This document shows positions 63,324 to 64,000 of a DNA stretch of 64,000 bases, piece by piece. Origin of the DNA: Terracidiphilus sp. GTDB lineage: Bacteria > Acidobacteriota > Terriglobia > Terriglobales > Acidobacteriaceae. Where the stretch lies: the NCBI GenBank assembly GCA_036489815.1, contig DASXFB010000107.1:60073-124072 (forward strand), read 5' to 3'. How positions within the stretch are numbered: position 1 is the first letter of the stretch; each line of letters opens with the position of its first letter. A model generated the notes under the pieces. That model saw only the letters and a list, made by a program, of their open reading frames with translations, ran no database searches and was not told where the DNA came from. Both the position numbers and the translations under genes were made by a program.

Positions 63324-64000
63324 CTATTGTTCGTTCCTGCTGCTCAGCCGCGACACGCTGAACTGCGCGCCGGCGAACAGAATCAGCCCCGAGATGTACG
63401 CCCAGAAGAGCACGCCGACCGAAACATAGAATGCGCCATAGAGCGCTTTGAGATCGAGGTGTGGAAGCGCAAGCACGAAGAGGTACTTCGCTACCAGCCA
63501 GATGATGCCGGTAATGGCGGCGGTGCGCAGGACAGGACGCGCGGGCACCTTGCGGTTGGGCAGGATCCAGTAGACGGCGAAGAAGAACAGGATGACCGCT
63601 ACGCCGGTTGTCGCCGTCAGCAGCAGGAAACAGACGCCGTTGTAGGCAATATTGTCGGTGTGGTGAAAGAAGGCGACCTCGAGAACCTGTTGTGCAGCCG
63701 CGTTGAGCGCCACGCTGCCCATGCCCAGCCCAACCATAATCAGCGCGAGCCCGAAGGCGACGGTCTGGTTGAAGAGATAGTTGCGGCTCCGGGTCACGCC
63801 CCACGCCTGGTTCAGCGCCACTTCCAAAGGCAGGAAGATACCGGTGCAGGAGATGAGGATGACTACAAGCGACAACGCCTGCACGCCGTGCCGCGAAGAC
63901 AACGCAGCCACCGCTTCCATGTTGTTGGCTACCCAGTTTGGCTGCCTGGTCGCCGTGGGAAGAAAGTAATTCACCATTTCGGTGATCACGTTGACCATTG
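63324..64000 (-). CDS. YihY/BrkB family membrane protein (5' end outside window)
   Basis: ALNQAW, YWILPNRKV, LYGAF, ILFAGA motifs. Confidence 0.88.
   Translation of the reverse strand, partial: MVNVITEMVNYFLPTATRQPNWVANNMEAVAALSSRHGVQALSLVVILISCTGIFLPLEVALNQAWGVTRSRNYLFNQTVAFGLALIMVGLGMGSVALNAAAQQVLEVAFFHHTDNIAYNGVCFLLLTATTGVAVILFFFAVYWILPNRKVPARPVLRTAAITGIIWLVAKYLFVLALPHLDLKALYGAFYVSVGVLFWAYISGLILFAGAQFSVSRLSSRNEQ

Overview
GC-rich bacterial chromosomal window, most likely from an Acidobacteriaceae member (Terracidiphilus/Occallatibacter-like). That assignment is inferred from the ADOP-type duplicated ABC permease, an acidobacterial PadR-type fragment and GTGCCCC..GGG palindromic repeats. 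The window is mostly core genome: ppc (3' end), cysK-cysE, an AAA+/VWA pair, two CAZymes, an RND efflux triad, gpx, bamA-skp-skp, lepA, mltD-like, a histone H1-like gene, bcp, fabZ-lpxA-lpxI, a lipoprotein adenosine deaminase, tRNA-Phe(GAA), DUF763, asmA, msrA, maf, merR, ccmC-ccmD, aroF, a YVTN propeller and yihY. A visibly less GC-rich block (~47.7-56.5 kb: arsR-sulP and a LacI-controlled AKR/YphC-like/FucU/GH29 sugar locus) lies between a truncated padR and an ADOP permease. The most notable observations are: a translationally coupled winged-helix + two 3-TM (DUF5985-like) module; a pseudokinase-TM-TonB_C fusion; a degenerate tandem copy of the tRNA-Phe 3' half; duplicated skp genes with duplicated promoter/UTR motifs; an unannotated ccmD whose stop codon comes from a small inverted-repeat element; and several intergenic palindromic repeat families. 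No CRISPR array, rRNA, integrase or transposase was seen. All family assignments come from motif recognition by eye, not from database searches.
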